A stretch of 64,000 bases of DNA from Actinomycetota bacterium (GTDB lineage: Bacteria > Actinomycetota > Acidimicrobiia > Acidimicrobiales > Poriferisodalaceae). The stretch is taken from positions 25,581-89,580 of the forward strand of contig JABABU010000009.1 in the NCBI GenBank assembly GCA_014238065.1. Reading direction: 5' to 3'. Shown in pieces: positions 35,556 to 44,804 of this stretch. A program made the translations under genes and the position numbers. How positions within the stretch are numbered: the first letter of the stretch is position 1; each line of letters opens with the position of its first letter. The notes under the pieces are model-generated. The model was not told the DNA's origin. It worked only from the letters and a program-made list of their open reading frames with translations, and made no database searches.

Positions 35556-37166
35556 ATGAACATTGTTCGAATCAGGAACGCCGTACCGACTCGGGTAATA
35601 GTGGCGTTCGCCGTACTCATCGGTGCACTCGCCGCCAGCATCAGCATCTCGTCGACAGCGAGCGCCGCCGTCGTCGGCCAAGTGAACTTCGGGCCGTCCA
35701 ACGCCAACGTGTCCGGCTACCAGCAGGACTCCGGTGCGCTGTATTCGGCAGGCCGCGGCTACGGCTGGTCGGCGAGCGACGGCCGCACCCGCCAATGCTT
35801 CACTCGATCAGACCCCAATCCGCTCCGCAACTCGATCTGCCGCGCTGATGACTATTACAGCGGTGGTTGGATCGCTTCCCCTGCGACATGGCGCTACGAC
35901 ATCTCGAACGGCCAATACACCGTCACCGTCGCCGTCGGTGATCCCGGAGCTCGCCAGCGTCACTCAGTGAACGTCGAGGGCATCCAGTTCTTCAGCGAGG
36001 ACCGCAACGAAGGCAAGTCGATGCTGACCCACACCGCTGACGTGACCGTCTCGGACGGCACCTTGTCTCTCTCGTTCACCCCGAACCGCAAGACGGCCAT
36101 CCTCTGGCTACGCATCGAGTCCTCAGCTCCTCCACCGACCACAGTCCCACCAACCACAGTCCCACCAACCACAGTCCCACCAACCACAGTCCCACCAACC
36201 ACAGTCCCACCAACCACAGTCCCACCAACCACAGTCCCACCTCCGGCCCCGTCTGGGGTGTCGTTCCCCGCGGGAACGCACGTTGTGAACTCCCCGATCG
36301 TGCTTGGCTCCGGTGACGTACTGGAGGGCGTTGGCCGGGATGCCACGATCCTCGTTCCCGGCCCGAACCTCACCGGTCCGATGGTCCGCACCACACCGAC
36401 CTCAGGCGACGGCGCGGTCGGGTTCACGATCCGTGACCTGACCATCGATTGTGCCAACCAATGTGAGGGCATGTCGCTGTACGGGGCCCGGTTCGTCATC
36501 CGTGACGTGGCCGTGTACGACGCTGAGGGCTGGGGACTGCACACCACATGGAAGGGCGGCTCGTGGACAGTCACGACTGATGGCCGCTCAAAGGCCATGG
36601 AGGCTCAGATCCACAACGTGCTCATCACTGGTTCGGGAACTGCATCTCGTCCCCCGGTGTTCATCAACGGTCCGCATGACACGATCATCACCGACCTGAT
36701 CGTCGGGAACCATCTCGAACCAGGTGGACTCCGACCGATGGCTGTCGAAGTTGGCCCGCTCGCGTTCGGCACCATATTCGAGCGCCTTCACTTCTGGGGC
36801 GAAGGTCACGTGAACGGGCTCGTCGTACGTGCCGGAGCGACCGGTATCGTCGCCTCGAACTCGTACCTCGAAGGAGCTCATGAACGGCAGGCGTGGTTCC
36901 AGGGCGCAAACAACTCCTCACAGGTGTCGGGCCGGGTGCAGTGCTTCCCGACCTCTCTTCAAGGTCACGGCACACTGAACATCGGCATCCAGTACGACGG
37001 CGCAACCAACTCCGGTCACCAGGTCTCGACGTCGCTCATCAACTGCACTGGCGGAGGGCTCATGTTGAACGGTGGCGCGGGTCAGATCTCGTCGTTCGAG
37101 TTCACCGTGTGGAACTCACCGACCCCTGCCGCACCGGCCGGGTCGAGGCTGGAGCGTGCAGGATGA
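35556..37166 (+). CDS. Secreted protein: malectin/CBM-like N-domain, (PPTTV)7 linker, right-handed beta-helix (pectate-lyase-like) C-domain
   Basis: Signal peptide VIVAFAVLIGALAASISISSTASA. N-domain has FGPSNANVSGYQQDSG..YGW. The C-domain has repetitive beta-helix-like segments (FTIRDLTIDCAN, FVIRDVAVYDAEG, IHNVLITGSG). Confidence 0.75.
   Translation: MNIVRIRNAVPTRVIVAFAVLIGALAASISISSTASAAVVGQVNFGPSNANVSGYQQDSGALYSAGRGYGWSASDGRTRQCFTRSDPNPLRNSICRADDYYSGGWIASPATWRYDISNGQYTVTVAVGDPGARQRHSVNVEGIQFFSEDRNEGKSMLTHTADVTVSDGTLSLSFTPNRKTAILWLRIESSAPPPTTVPPTTVPPTTVPPTTVPPTTVPPTTVPPTTVPPPAPSGVSFPAGTHVVNSPIVLGSGDVLEGVGRDATILVPGPNLTGPMVRTTPTSGDGAVGFTIRDLTIDCANQCEGMSLYGARFVIRDVAVYDAEGWGLHTTWKGGSWTVTTDGRSKAMEAQIHNVLITGSGTASRPPVFINGPHDTIITDLIVGNHLEPGGLRPMAVEVGPLAFGTIFERLHFWGEGHVNGLVVRAGATGIVASNSYLEGAHERQAWFQGANNSSQVSGRVQCFPTSLQGHGTLNIGIQYDGATNSGHQVSTSLINCTGGGLMLNGGAGQISSFEFTVWNSPTPAAPAGSRLERAG
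36132..36236 (+). repeat. 15-bp tandem repeat CCACCAACCACAGTC x7 (in frame, encodes PPTTV x7)
   Basis: Six copies are identical at the DNA level. The first differs by one synonymous base (CCG for CCA). Confidence 0.95.
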
Positions 37167-37195
37167 GTGACCTCGACCGCAGCCGGCGACTCGAA

Positions 37196-38566
37196 TCACG
37201 TATCTCCATCCGTAACTGATCGTGCGCCATCGCGCTGTTGGTCCTGGTTCATGGCCAACAGCGCGACCGGCACCAGAACCCATGCCCCAGGTCGAAGCGA
37301 CCCGAAACCAGGCACCATCATCGATGAAGCGATCGAGGTCGTGGTCACGATGACCGCAACTGCGCCAAGTCGACGAACCTGAACCATGGCCAGAACCCAC
37401 AAGGCCGACAACGTGACCGCGCCGTGCAGCCCGAACGCCCCCCACGCCTCCAACAGGCGGTTGTGCGTCGAGATGTTCTCCCAGAGAAGCGGTCGTGTCG
37501 TGGCGAAGAGTTCGCGGAAGTGGATCTCGCTCCGACCATATCCATAGGCCGTGAAGGGGTCATCGATGCGCTCCTCCAGCGCAATCTCCCAGATGTCGGT
37601 TCGTCCGTTCAAACTGTACAGATCGTCTATCGGCTCGAACCCGGTGAGCCGGGGTTCGATGGATGACCACGAGACGATGGTTGCGACCACGACGGCCACT
37701 AGTGCTGCTGCACCCACAACCCGAACCCGTGGACCAGCGACGGCAAAGCCGGTCGCGACCAAGATGACGATCAACAGACCGGCGGCTGTTCGAGAACCGC
37801 TGAGTGCGATGAGCGCGCTGTAGCCGGCGAGGCGCACCAGCACCGAACGGAACTGTTCATCTCCGACCACGAAGAGCACGAGGGTGAGCCCGAGGGCGAG
37901 GAGAGCGAGTTCCCCGAACTCGTTGGGATCGAGCGTCGTGCCGATCCATCGTTCGACGCCGAACCGTTCCGGTCCTCTCCCGCCGAACCCTCCAATCAGG
38001 TCATGGGTCGTGTCGAGAACGATGCCGATGGCGAGCGTGAGATCGATGGCGGCCCTGAGAATCGGGGTCGGGCCCATCGCACCGGTCGGTCGAAGTCGGT
38101 GACCCACCACTACGAGCATCGCCATGACTGCCACGATCGCTGCCGTTGTCGTTCGTACCCCGAACGAAGCATCGACAAGGAGCCAACTGGCCGCCGCCAG
38201 CGTTGCCGTGATCGACAACGCCAGTCGGATCTGATGGATCGAGCGGGCCGCTACGACGAGTGCCACCATCGACAACGCCGACGCAAAGAGAATCCACGTT
38301 CGATCTACTTGCTCGGTCCATTCAGGCGACCCGAGACCGTAGTGCGAGACCGAGACGGACCCGGAAAAGACGATGAGATGGATCGCACCTCCGAGGGGGC
38401 CGCCCCGACGTAGACCCAAGACGACGACGCAAGCCGTCGCAACGACAAGGCCGAACCTCCCCGCCACAATTCCTCCGAAAAGCACCGCGGCAAGGAACAG
38501 CGCAGCGTCCCAGCGGGCCAGGGTCCTGCGCCCGGTGGTCGTGTTCAGATCAATCGGTGATCCCAC
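37196..38566 (-). CDS. O-antigen ligase/polymerase-like (Wzy_C family) membrane protein
   Basis: 456 aa and highly hydrophobic. LIALSGSRTAAGLLIVILV motif region and a larger loop near the C-terminal third. Confidence 0.65.
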   Translation of the reverse strand: MGSPIDLNTTTGRRTLARWDAALFLAAVLFGGIVAGRFGLVVATACVVVLGLRRGGPLGGAIHLIVFSGSVSVSHYGLGSPEWTEQVDRTWILFASALSMVALVVAARSIHQIRLALSITATLAAASWLLVDASFGVRTTTAAIVAVMAMLVVVGHRLRPTGAMGPTPILRAAIDLTLAIGIVLDTTHDLIGGFGGRGPERFGVERWIGTTLDPNEFGELALLALGLTLVLFVVGDEQFRSVLVRLAGYSALIALSGSRTAAGLLIVILVATGFAVAGPRVRVVGAAALVAVVVATIVSWSSIEPRLTGFEPIDDLYSLNGRTDIWEIALEERIDDPFTAYGYGRSEIHFRELFATTRPLLWENISTHNRLLEAWGAFGLHGAVTLSALWVLAMVQVRRLGAVAVIVTTTSIASSMMVPGFGSLRPGAWVLVPVALLAMNQDQQRDGARSVTDGDT

Positions 38567-38851
38567 TGGCCCCCCGGTGACGTTGGTCGGCCGCAGTCGG
38601 ACAACGAATTCGCCACCCGACCCGTTCCGCTCTCGGAATTGTTCCGCGCCGGACTCGCCCGTACAGCGGCCTCCGATCCGGTCGCGAAGAATGTCATCGC
38701 CTGATCTCGCGACACGTGGTTCACGGCTGGCTTCCCTTCGTCACTGTTGGTCCTCGCGCAGAGCCGCTAGAGCCAACGGGGCCACGATTCGCTGACGCTC
38801 TCGAACACCTCCGATGTGAGCCTGACACGGTCGGCGCCGTTCTTCCACCGG

Positions 38852-40342
38852 TCATGACGATGGCAGCGAGTCGAGTGCCAGCGGAGCAAGTTCGTCGACA
38901 TCACGCCCCGCCCAGTCCAGCTGCGGAACACGATCGAGAGCTCGCTGCTGAGCTGACTCGAGCCTTTCGAGGCTGTTCGTCAGGTCAACCGTGAGGCACT
39001 CTCTGTCCCGGACGACGAGCTGTCCATCGACATACACATCGCGGACAGCACGTTCACGAGCGCAATAGACGAGCGTCCGGAGTGGCTCTCGCAATGGACG
39101 CATCGAGGGGCAGCTGAGGTCCACCATCACCAGATCTGCCTTGCACCCGACGGCGAGTCGGCCGATGTCATCTCGCAGCAGGGCACGAGCACCGTTCACC
39201 GTGGCAGCATCGAGCACTTGAGCAGTCGTGACGTCGACCGGGGATCCACGGACCACCCTCGCCACGGTTCCCGCGTTGAAAAGTTCCTCGAGCATGTTGT
39301 GCGGATAGGTGTCGGTGCCGATGCCGACGTTGATACCTCGTGCGAGGTAACGCCCGAGCGTCTGCAAAGCGATCCCGCGGCGCATGAACACTGTCGGGCA
39401 GTGGGCCACAGTCGCGCCACGTGCGGCAAGGACTTCCAGGTCGTCGTCGGTCGTCCAGTGCAGCCACGGGTGATGGTCGGCGAAGATTCCGTGGCTCACG
39501 ATGGCGCGGTCGCTGAGTACGCCGATGCGGTCGAGCCATTGGATCGGGCTACATCCGTGGCGGCGCACGATCTCATGGAACTCCGCAACAGACTGGGCTG
39601 CGTGGATCTGAAACGGAAGTTCGTACTCGACCGCATGATCGTGGGCGGCGATCAGGAGATCTTCGGTGCATGTGTCAATTTGTGCAGGGCTCATCATGGC
39701 GCTCATTCGGTGCGACTCATGCGCGAACGCCTGGTCGACAACGTCCTTGGCACGCTCGAAGTCCTCCTTGCCTCGCGGCTCCATGCTCCAGTCGTAGTTC
39801 AACGAATGGCCGTCAGGCGTTGACCACGGTGCGCTTCGGAAGCTGCCGGCGAAACATGCCCGGATACCGGATTCAGCCACTTGATCGACCCAGCCGTCGA
39901 ATGGCCGGGAGTAGTCGACCACCGTTGTGCAACCACTGAGCAGCAACTCGGCGAGCGCAACGTCGAGACACGCACGGCGACCTTCCTCGTCAGGACCGAG
40001 CACAGGAAGGAACTCATACAACGAAGAGTGATGGAAGTTCGGGCTCCGGATCTCGTCGGTGATGCCCTTGTTCATGGGCTCGCTTGTCGGGTGGCTGTGG
40101 ATGTTGATCAGCCCTGGCATCACCATGAGCCGCTCGCCGGCGACTTCAGCCGCGAACGGTCCTGGGTATGAGCCACCGATCCAGACGATGCCGTCGGTGC
40201 TGAACGCAACATCGACATCCCTTGCATAGGCATGGCAGCCGTTGGCTTCGTCCCACACGATCGCCCACGCAATATTCCGGATGACGGTGATCGGCACTTC
40301 TGGCGTGAGGATCGGCAGTCGATTCGAAGTCGTGACATCCAT
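38852..40342 (-). CDS. Amidohydrolase superfamily enzyme (TRZ/ATZ/SsnA/deaminase-like)
   Basis: MPGLINIHSHP metal-binding H-x-H. Downstream HAAQS, HGIF and GTDTYPHN motifs. Confidence 0.88.
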   Translation of the reverse strand: MDVTTSNRLPILTPEVPITVIRNIAWAIVWDEANGCHAYARDVDVAFSTDGIVWIGGSYPGPFAAEVAGERLMVMPGLINIHSHPTSEPMNKGITDEIRSPNFHHSSLYEFLPVLGPDEEGRRACLDVALAELLLSGCTTVVDYSRPFDGWVDQVAESGIRACFAGSFRSAPWSTPDGHSLNYDWSMEPRGKEDFERAKDVVDQAFAHESHRMSAMMSPAQIDTCTEDLLIAAHDHAVEYELPFQIHAAQSVAEFHEIVRRHGCSPIQWLDRIGVLSDRAIVSHGIFADHHPWLHWTTDDDLEVLAARGATVAHCPTVFMRRGIALQTLGRYLARGINVGIGTDTYPHNMLEELFNAGTVARVVRGSPVDVTTAQVLDAATVNGARALLRDDIGRLAVGCKADLVMVDLSCPSMRPLREPLRTLVYCARERAVRDVYVDGQLVVRDRECLTVDLTNSLERLESAQQRALDRVPQLDWAGRDVDELAPLALDSLPSS

Positions 40343-40626
40343 GGCCTCAGCCTCCCACCATCACCGGATCGTTGCTCTCACCCGGCACCGTCGACGTCAC
40401 CGTCACGCAGGAACCGCTCGACGGCAACCGCTCCCTCGACTCCGGGATTCCTCGACGACTCACCGAAGCTCCCTTCTGCGGCGACGAAGCCCTCGGGGAT
40501 CGTGGGCGACATGGCGGCACAAATACGGTATGAGATGCGACCACGCTACGCCGTCGGCATCGATCGGAAACTCGAGGTCGGAACCTCGAGCCGCTCGAAC
40601 AGTGACTCGAATCAGCTCGGACGACG

Positions 40627-41631
40627 TCATATCGAGGATTCGGGCGGATGCTCTGCCGTGAACATCTTGTGGGGCTCGAAACCTGCCTCGAGTTCGCTTC
40701 GGAGGTGGTCGCCCCACACCACGGCATCGGCGACAACAGGTCGTTCTGGCGTCACGCAACTCCGCAGCGGCGCGATCACGGTGGAAACATGAGGGTCGAA
40801 GAAGAACGGAATCGAGAACCGCGAACTCCGTGAGCTGTTCGTGACTCGGTGAGGCGTCGACAGCAGCTGCCCGTTGCTCCAAAGTCGGAGCATGTCTCCC
40901 ACGTTGACGACGAACGAGCCAGGGATGTTCGGCACGTCAATCCAGCCGTCACCGACTGGCCGAACCTGCAAACCGCCGACATCGTCCTGGGCCAGCAGCG
41001 TGAGGCAACCGAAGTCGCAATGAGGAGCCGATCCGTAGAGATCGTCAGGACTCCCCGACGGCAGTGGCGGGTAGTGAAGCAACCTGACCGAAGCAACCGG
41101 GCTGGCGAAGTGATCGACCATCACCTCAGGGTCTGCTCCTATGGCCCTGGCCGCGATCCCCATCATCTTGCGACCCAGCCAGCACATCGCGTCGTGATAG
41201 GCCGTCACGGTTTCGCGAAACCCTGCCAGATCTGGCCACACGTTCGGGCCAGCCAAATAGTCGCCGGCCAGAACCTCCGGTGAGTCCGGCGCACACTCGC
41301 ACATCATGAGGAATGACTCTGACCGATTCGGCTTCGTGACCTCAGCCAGTTTCGTGTTGATGTCCATCGTCGCGTCCATCGGGAGAAAGCCCCGGTTGTC
41401 GGAGTTGAGCTCAATGGCCATCTTCTGGTCGAGCCCAAGCGCATGGAACTGCCGCGAAGCCTCGAAGACCTCGTCGATCAACTGCGCATCGATGCCGTGG
41501 TTCACGATGTAGCTGAATCCGACGTCGCGATACGCGCGGCCGAAGTCCTCTACCAACGCATCCATTCCGACGGGGTCACCAGTGAGCAAGGCCGTCGCGT
41601 CCAATATCGGAATTCTCGAGGAATCAGCCAT
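40627..41631 (-). CDS. 2-oxoglutarate/Fe(II)-dependent oxygenase (isopenicillin-N-synthase-like)
   Basis: N-terminal IPILD... DIOX_N-type region. H-x-D in APHCDFGCLTLL, distal His in STPHRV, and RFSIPFF. Confidence 0.9.
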   Translation of the reverse strand: MADSSRIPILDATALLTGDPVGMDALVEDFGRAYRDVGFSYIVNHGIDAQLIDEVFEASRQFHALGLDQKMAIELNSDNRGFLPMDATMDINTKLAEVTKPNRSESFLMMCECAPDSPEVLAGDYLAGPNVWPDLAGFRETVTAYHDAMCWLGRKMMGIAARAIGADPEVMVDHFASPVASVRLLHYPPLPSGSPDDLYGSAPHCDFGCLTLLAQDDVGGLQVRPVGDGWIDVPNIPGSFVVNVGDMLRLWSNGQLLSTPHRVTNSSRSSRFSIPFFFDPHVSTVIAPLRSCVTPERPVVADAVVWGDHLRSELEAGFEPHKMFTAEHPPESSI

Positions 41632-41768
41632 GTCTCAGATCAAACCGTAGACCGTCACCGTCGGTCGCCTCCGAATACGAAGCCCAGCCGGCGTAACCTC
41701 GTGCAACGAAGATCAGGTCCGTCGTTACCGGCTCTCCGCTTGTCGATCCGAACCAAGGCGCCATGGGT

Positions 41769-43217
41769 TCAGAGACTGTCGTGGTCGTGGTCGTGGTCGT
41801 GGTCTTGCGTGTGCGGGTGGCTGTGCCGCACCGGAGCATGGTCGTGTGGATGGCTGTGAGCACCCGTCACTTCGTAATCATGGTCATGATCGTGGTGGCC
41901 GTCGTCGTGGACGTGGAGATGGTCATGATGCTCGTGCTCGTGCTCGTGCTCGTGGTTGTGCTCGACACTGTCAGGAAAATTCGGAATCCAGCGCTGAGCA
42001 CCAGCGACGAACACCCACAATCCGATGGCCACGACCGCAGCGAGACCAAGGGAGTCAGCGATGTTCCCGCCACCTCCCGCGGCCAGCATCAGCAGAGCTC
42101 CGGCGTAGGTGAGCCTGCCGAGCAGGCTGGTCAGAGAGAGAAACGTCGCCCGGTGGTGACGATCGACGCGGCTACCGACGATCCCGGGAACGATGACAGA
42201 GCTGGCCGCGCCTTGCACCCTGCGAAAGCTCAACAGGGGAAGCACCCACAGCGTCGTCGTAAGAGCCATGACACCGACGATCACCACTGGTACGAGCGCC
42301 AGCATCAGGAACAGCGATGCCAGCCCGAGCCGACGATTCAGCGGTTCGAGGAACCTGAGGACAAGAGCGGCCACCGTCGCCACGACAGCCGCTATGAGAC
42401 CCGTCATCAGGGCGGAGAGTCCAGGATCGTCGGGCGGTGTGCTGAACACTTCGGTCAGATACGGCGCCACCAGCTCCCCCGCGAGATGCACGACAACGAT
42501 CTGGCTCACCACATAGAGGGCCAGCCAGCCGAGCAGCGGCTGGCGGAGATGACGAACCGTCACCGCGAGATCGGAGGCGAAATGGCCGTCGGCATCCTCG
42601 CGTGGTGGCTCCGAGAGACGCCACGCCACAGCAAGTTGAAGCACAGCGGCGGCGAGCGCAGCCGCGAACGGCAGACGGAGGTCGATCATCGCCAACCCAC
42701 CGCCGGCCATGGCACTGACGGCGGTGACGAACAGGAGGTGCTGCCGACTCGTCGATTCCCTCGCCGTGAACTCATCGCTCCGCCCGAGCGCTTCCAGTGT
42801 GTCGAAGTGCAAGGTCACGTCGGTCCCTGACAAAAACGCGTACCCCACAGCCAGTAACACCTGGGCGCACACGACAGCGATTTCGCCACTGCCGAGCCAG
42901 AACATCGAGTGCGCGCCGATCCACGCCACAGCAACGAGGCGAAGCGTCAGCGTCCGGCTCACCCGATCGCTCAGCCAGCCGGACGGCACCTCCAGGACGA
43001 CGACGGTCACGTAATACACCGATTGCAGAACGAGCGCGGCGCGGAGCCCGAACTCGGCAACCAGATAGAGAAAGACGGTAGGAGCCCAGAACACCGCTCC
43101 GGCGGGTAGTTGGTGCGCCCGATACCAGTACAAGTTTCCTTGTAATCGCTCGACGCTCGTGGCTCCGCCGCATTCGCCAGGGATCGACTGATTCACCATC
43201 GCGACAACCACGCCCAC
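41769..43217 (-). CDS. MFS-type transporter with a ~65-aa His/Asp/Glu-rich C-terminal tail
   Basis: About 12 hydrophobic segments. The tail is VEHNHEHEHEHEHHDHLHVHDDGHHDHDHDYEVTGAHSHPHDHAPVRHSHPHTQDHDHDHDHDSL. Confidence 0.8.
   Translation of the reverse strand: MGVVVAMVNQSIPGECGGATSVERLQGNLYWYRAHQLPAGAVFWAPTVFLYLVAEFGLRAALVLQSVYYVTVVVLEVPSGWLSDRVSRTLTLRLVAVAWIGAHSMFWLGSGEIAVVCAQVLLAVGYAFLSGTDVTLHFDTLEALGRSDEFTARESTSRQHLLFVTAVSAMAGGGLAMIDLRLPFAAALAAAVLQLAVAWRLSEPPREDADGHFASDLAVTVRHLRQPLLGWLALYVVSQIVVVHLAGELVAPYLTEVFSTPPDDPGLSALMTGLIAAVVATVAALVLRFLEPLNRRLGLASLFLMLALVPVVIVGVMALTTTLWVLPLLSFRRVQGAASSVIVPGIVGSRVDRHHRATFLSLTSLLGRLTYAGALLMLAAGGGGNIADSLGLAAVVAIGLWVFVAGAQRWIPNFPDSVEHNHEHEHEHEHHDHLHVHDDGHHDHDHDYEVTGAHSHPHDHAPVRHSHPHTQDHDHDHDHDSL
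41778..41804 (-). repeat. Hexanucleotide repeat (GTCGTG)x4.5 on the plus strand, encoding DHDHDHDHD
   Basis: Read directly from the sequence; lies in the last codons of the MFS gene. Confidence 0.9.
41931..41954 (-). repeat. Hexanucleotide repeat (CTCGTG)x4 on the plus strand, encoding HEHEHEHE
   Basis: Read directly from the sequence; lies within the His-rich tail coding region. Confidence 0.9.
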
Positions 43218-43401
43218 CAGAGCCGCCGTGCCAACACATCTCTGACCGCGGGGCAGTCAGGGCTCAGAGCTCCACCGTCCAAGATCGAAACTCCCCACGA
43301 ACCAGCCATGTCCCAGAACCAAAAGTAGACCCTCAGACCGGCCGCTTCGACGAGAGGCCGCTACGTTCTGATCTGGAACCGCCACCCTGAGGACGCGCAT
43401 C

Positions 43402-44748
43402 ATGGCTACCGACACTTCCTTCGTCTTGCGCAACGGCGCGGTGCTCCCGCTCGAGGGACACAAACGCAGTCACGATCCTGGGTCGGTTCTCGTTCTCGAT
43501 GGAAAGATCGCGGCAGTGGGTGGACTCGAGGAGGTCGACGCTCATCCGGCAACGGGCTCGGTACCAGTGATCGACTTGACAGGCCACGTCGTGATCCCTG
43601 GGCTCGTCAACTGCCACCTTCATTCCGGACTCCTTCGCGGCACGGCAGAGTCACTCGCACTCTGGGATTGGCTCAACACACACGTTGATCCGGCTCACAG
43701 GGCGATGACACCAGCAATCGCCGAGGCCGCTTCGTGGATGGCCTATACCGAAGGGCTCCGCGGCGGGACCACCTCGGTGCTCGACATGTGGCGATTCATG
43801 GAGGGTTCGGCCCGCGCCGCCGAGCGCATCGGCATCAGGGCAACGCTGGCGCCATACACGGCCGACAAGTTCAGCTACTTCGAGACCCTCGAAACGAACC
43901 GAAGACTGCTCGAGACACACCGCATCGCGGCGGACGGCCGTGTTCGAGCGTGGGTGGGCCTCGAACATCTCTTCTACTGCTCCGATCAGATGTTCCGAGA
44001 TGCCGCCAAATTGGCCGAAGAGTTCGACACCGGAATCCACACCCATTCATCCGAGACCATCTGGGAGGTCGAAGAGTGCCTTCGCCAGTTCCGTCGACGT
44101 CCAATCGAAGAATTTCACAACCGCGGCATTCTTGGCGAGCGCACCGTGGTGGCGCACGGCGTCTGGCTCGATGACCGCGAGGTCAAGATCTTGGCCGAGA
44201 CCCGCACGTCAGTGACGCATTGCCCCTGCTCGAACATGAAACTCTCCTCCGGTCCTGCCAGGATCGGGTACTACCGCGATCAGGGCGTGTGTGTTGCGCT
44301 CGGAAGCGACGGCGAAAAAGAGAACAACAGCCTCGACATGCTGGAGGAGATGAAGTTCGCGTCGCTGCTGCAGAAGGTCAGCACGCTCGATCCGACATCC
44401 GGTGATCCATGGGACGTTCTCGACATGGCCACGTTGTCGGGCGCTCGTGCACTCGGACTAGACGACGTCAGTGGATCACTTGAGGTTGGCAAGGATGCCG
44501 ACATCGTCACCGTCGATCTGCGTCAACTCCACTTCATCCCACGACTGAGCGGGGAGGACTTCAACGTGCCGGCTCACCTTGTGTTCTCGGCCTCGGCAAG
44601 CGACGTTGCCGACGTGTGGGTCAAGGGACGCCAACTTGTCGAAGCAGGAGAAGTCATCTCTGTCGACGTTGCCGACATCGCAGCAAACGCCCAGGCCGCG
44701 GCCGAAGAACTGTTCGAACGGCGCCGCAGCCTTTCACCGATCAGCTGA
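43402..44748 (+). CDS. Amidohydrolase superfamily enzyme (MtaD/guanine-deaminase-like)
   Basis: IPGLVNCHLHSG H-x-H motif, plus HTHSSE, VAHGVWL and GSDGEKEN motifs. Confidence 0.9.
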   Translation: MATDTSFVLRNGAVLPLEGHKRSHDPGSVLVLDGKIAAVGGLEEVDAHPATGSVPVIDLTGHVVIPGLVNCHLHSGLLRGTAESLALWDWLNTHVDPAHRAMTPAIAEAASWMAYTEGLRGGTTSVLDMWRFMEGSARAAERIGIRATLAPYTADKFSYFETLETNRRLLETHRIAADGRVRAWVGLEHLFYCSDQMFRDAAKLAEEFDTGIHTHSSETIWEVEECLRQFRRRPIEEFHNRGILGERTVVAHGVWLDDREVKILAETRTSVTHCPCSNMKLSSGPARIGYYRDQGVCVALGSDGEKENNSLDMLEEMKFASLLQKVSTLDPTSGDPWDVLDMATLSGARALGLDDVSGSLEVGKDADIVTVDLRQLHFIPRLSGEDFNVPAHLVFSASASDVADVWVKGRQLVEAGEVISVDVADIAANAQAAAEELFERRRSLSPIS

Positions 44749-44804
44749 GTCCTCGCTGAGACTTGTCCTCTCGACGTTTGGTAGAGCAACATGAACTGAA
44801 GTTC

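Noticed and set aside
36132-36236. Possible CRISPR array or non-coding satellite
   Set aside because: The units are contiguous (no spacers), only 15 bp long, and in frame within a long ORF, where they encode a Pro/Thr linker.
41763-42830. 355-aa plus-strand ORF overlapping the His-tail MFS gene
   Set aside because: Low-complexity translation (V-rich, then R/H/E-rich) that mirrors the MFS gene. The minus frame gives a coherent multi-TM protein.
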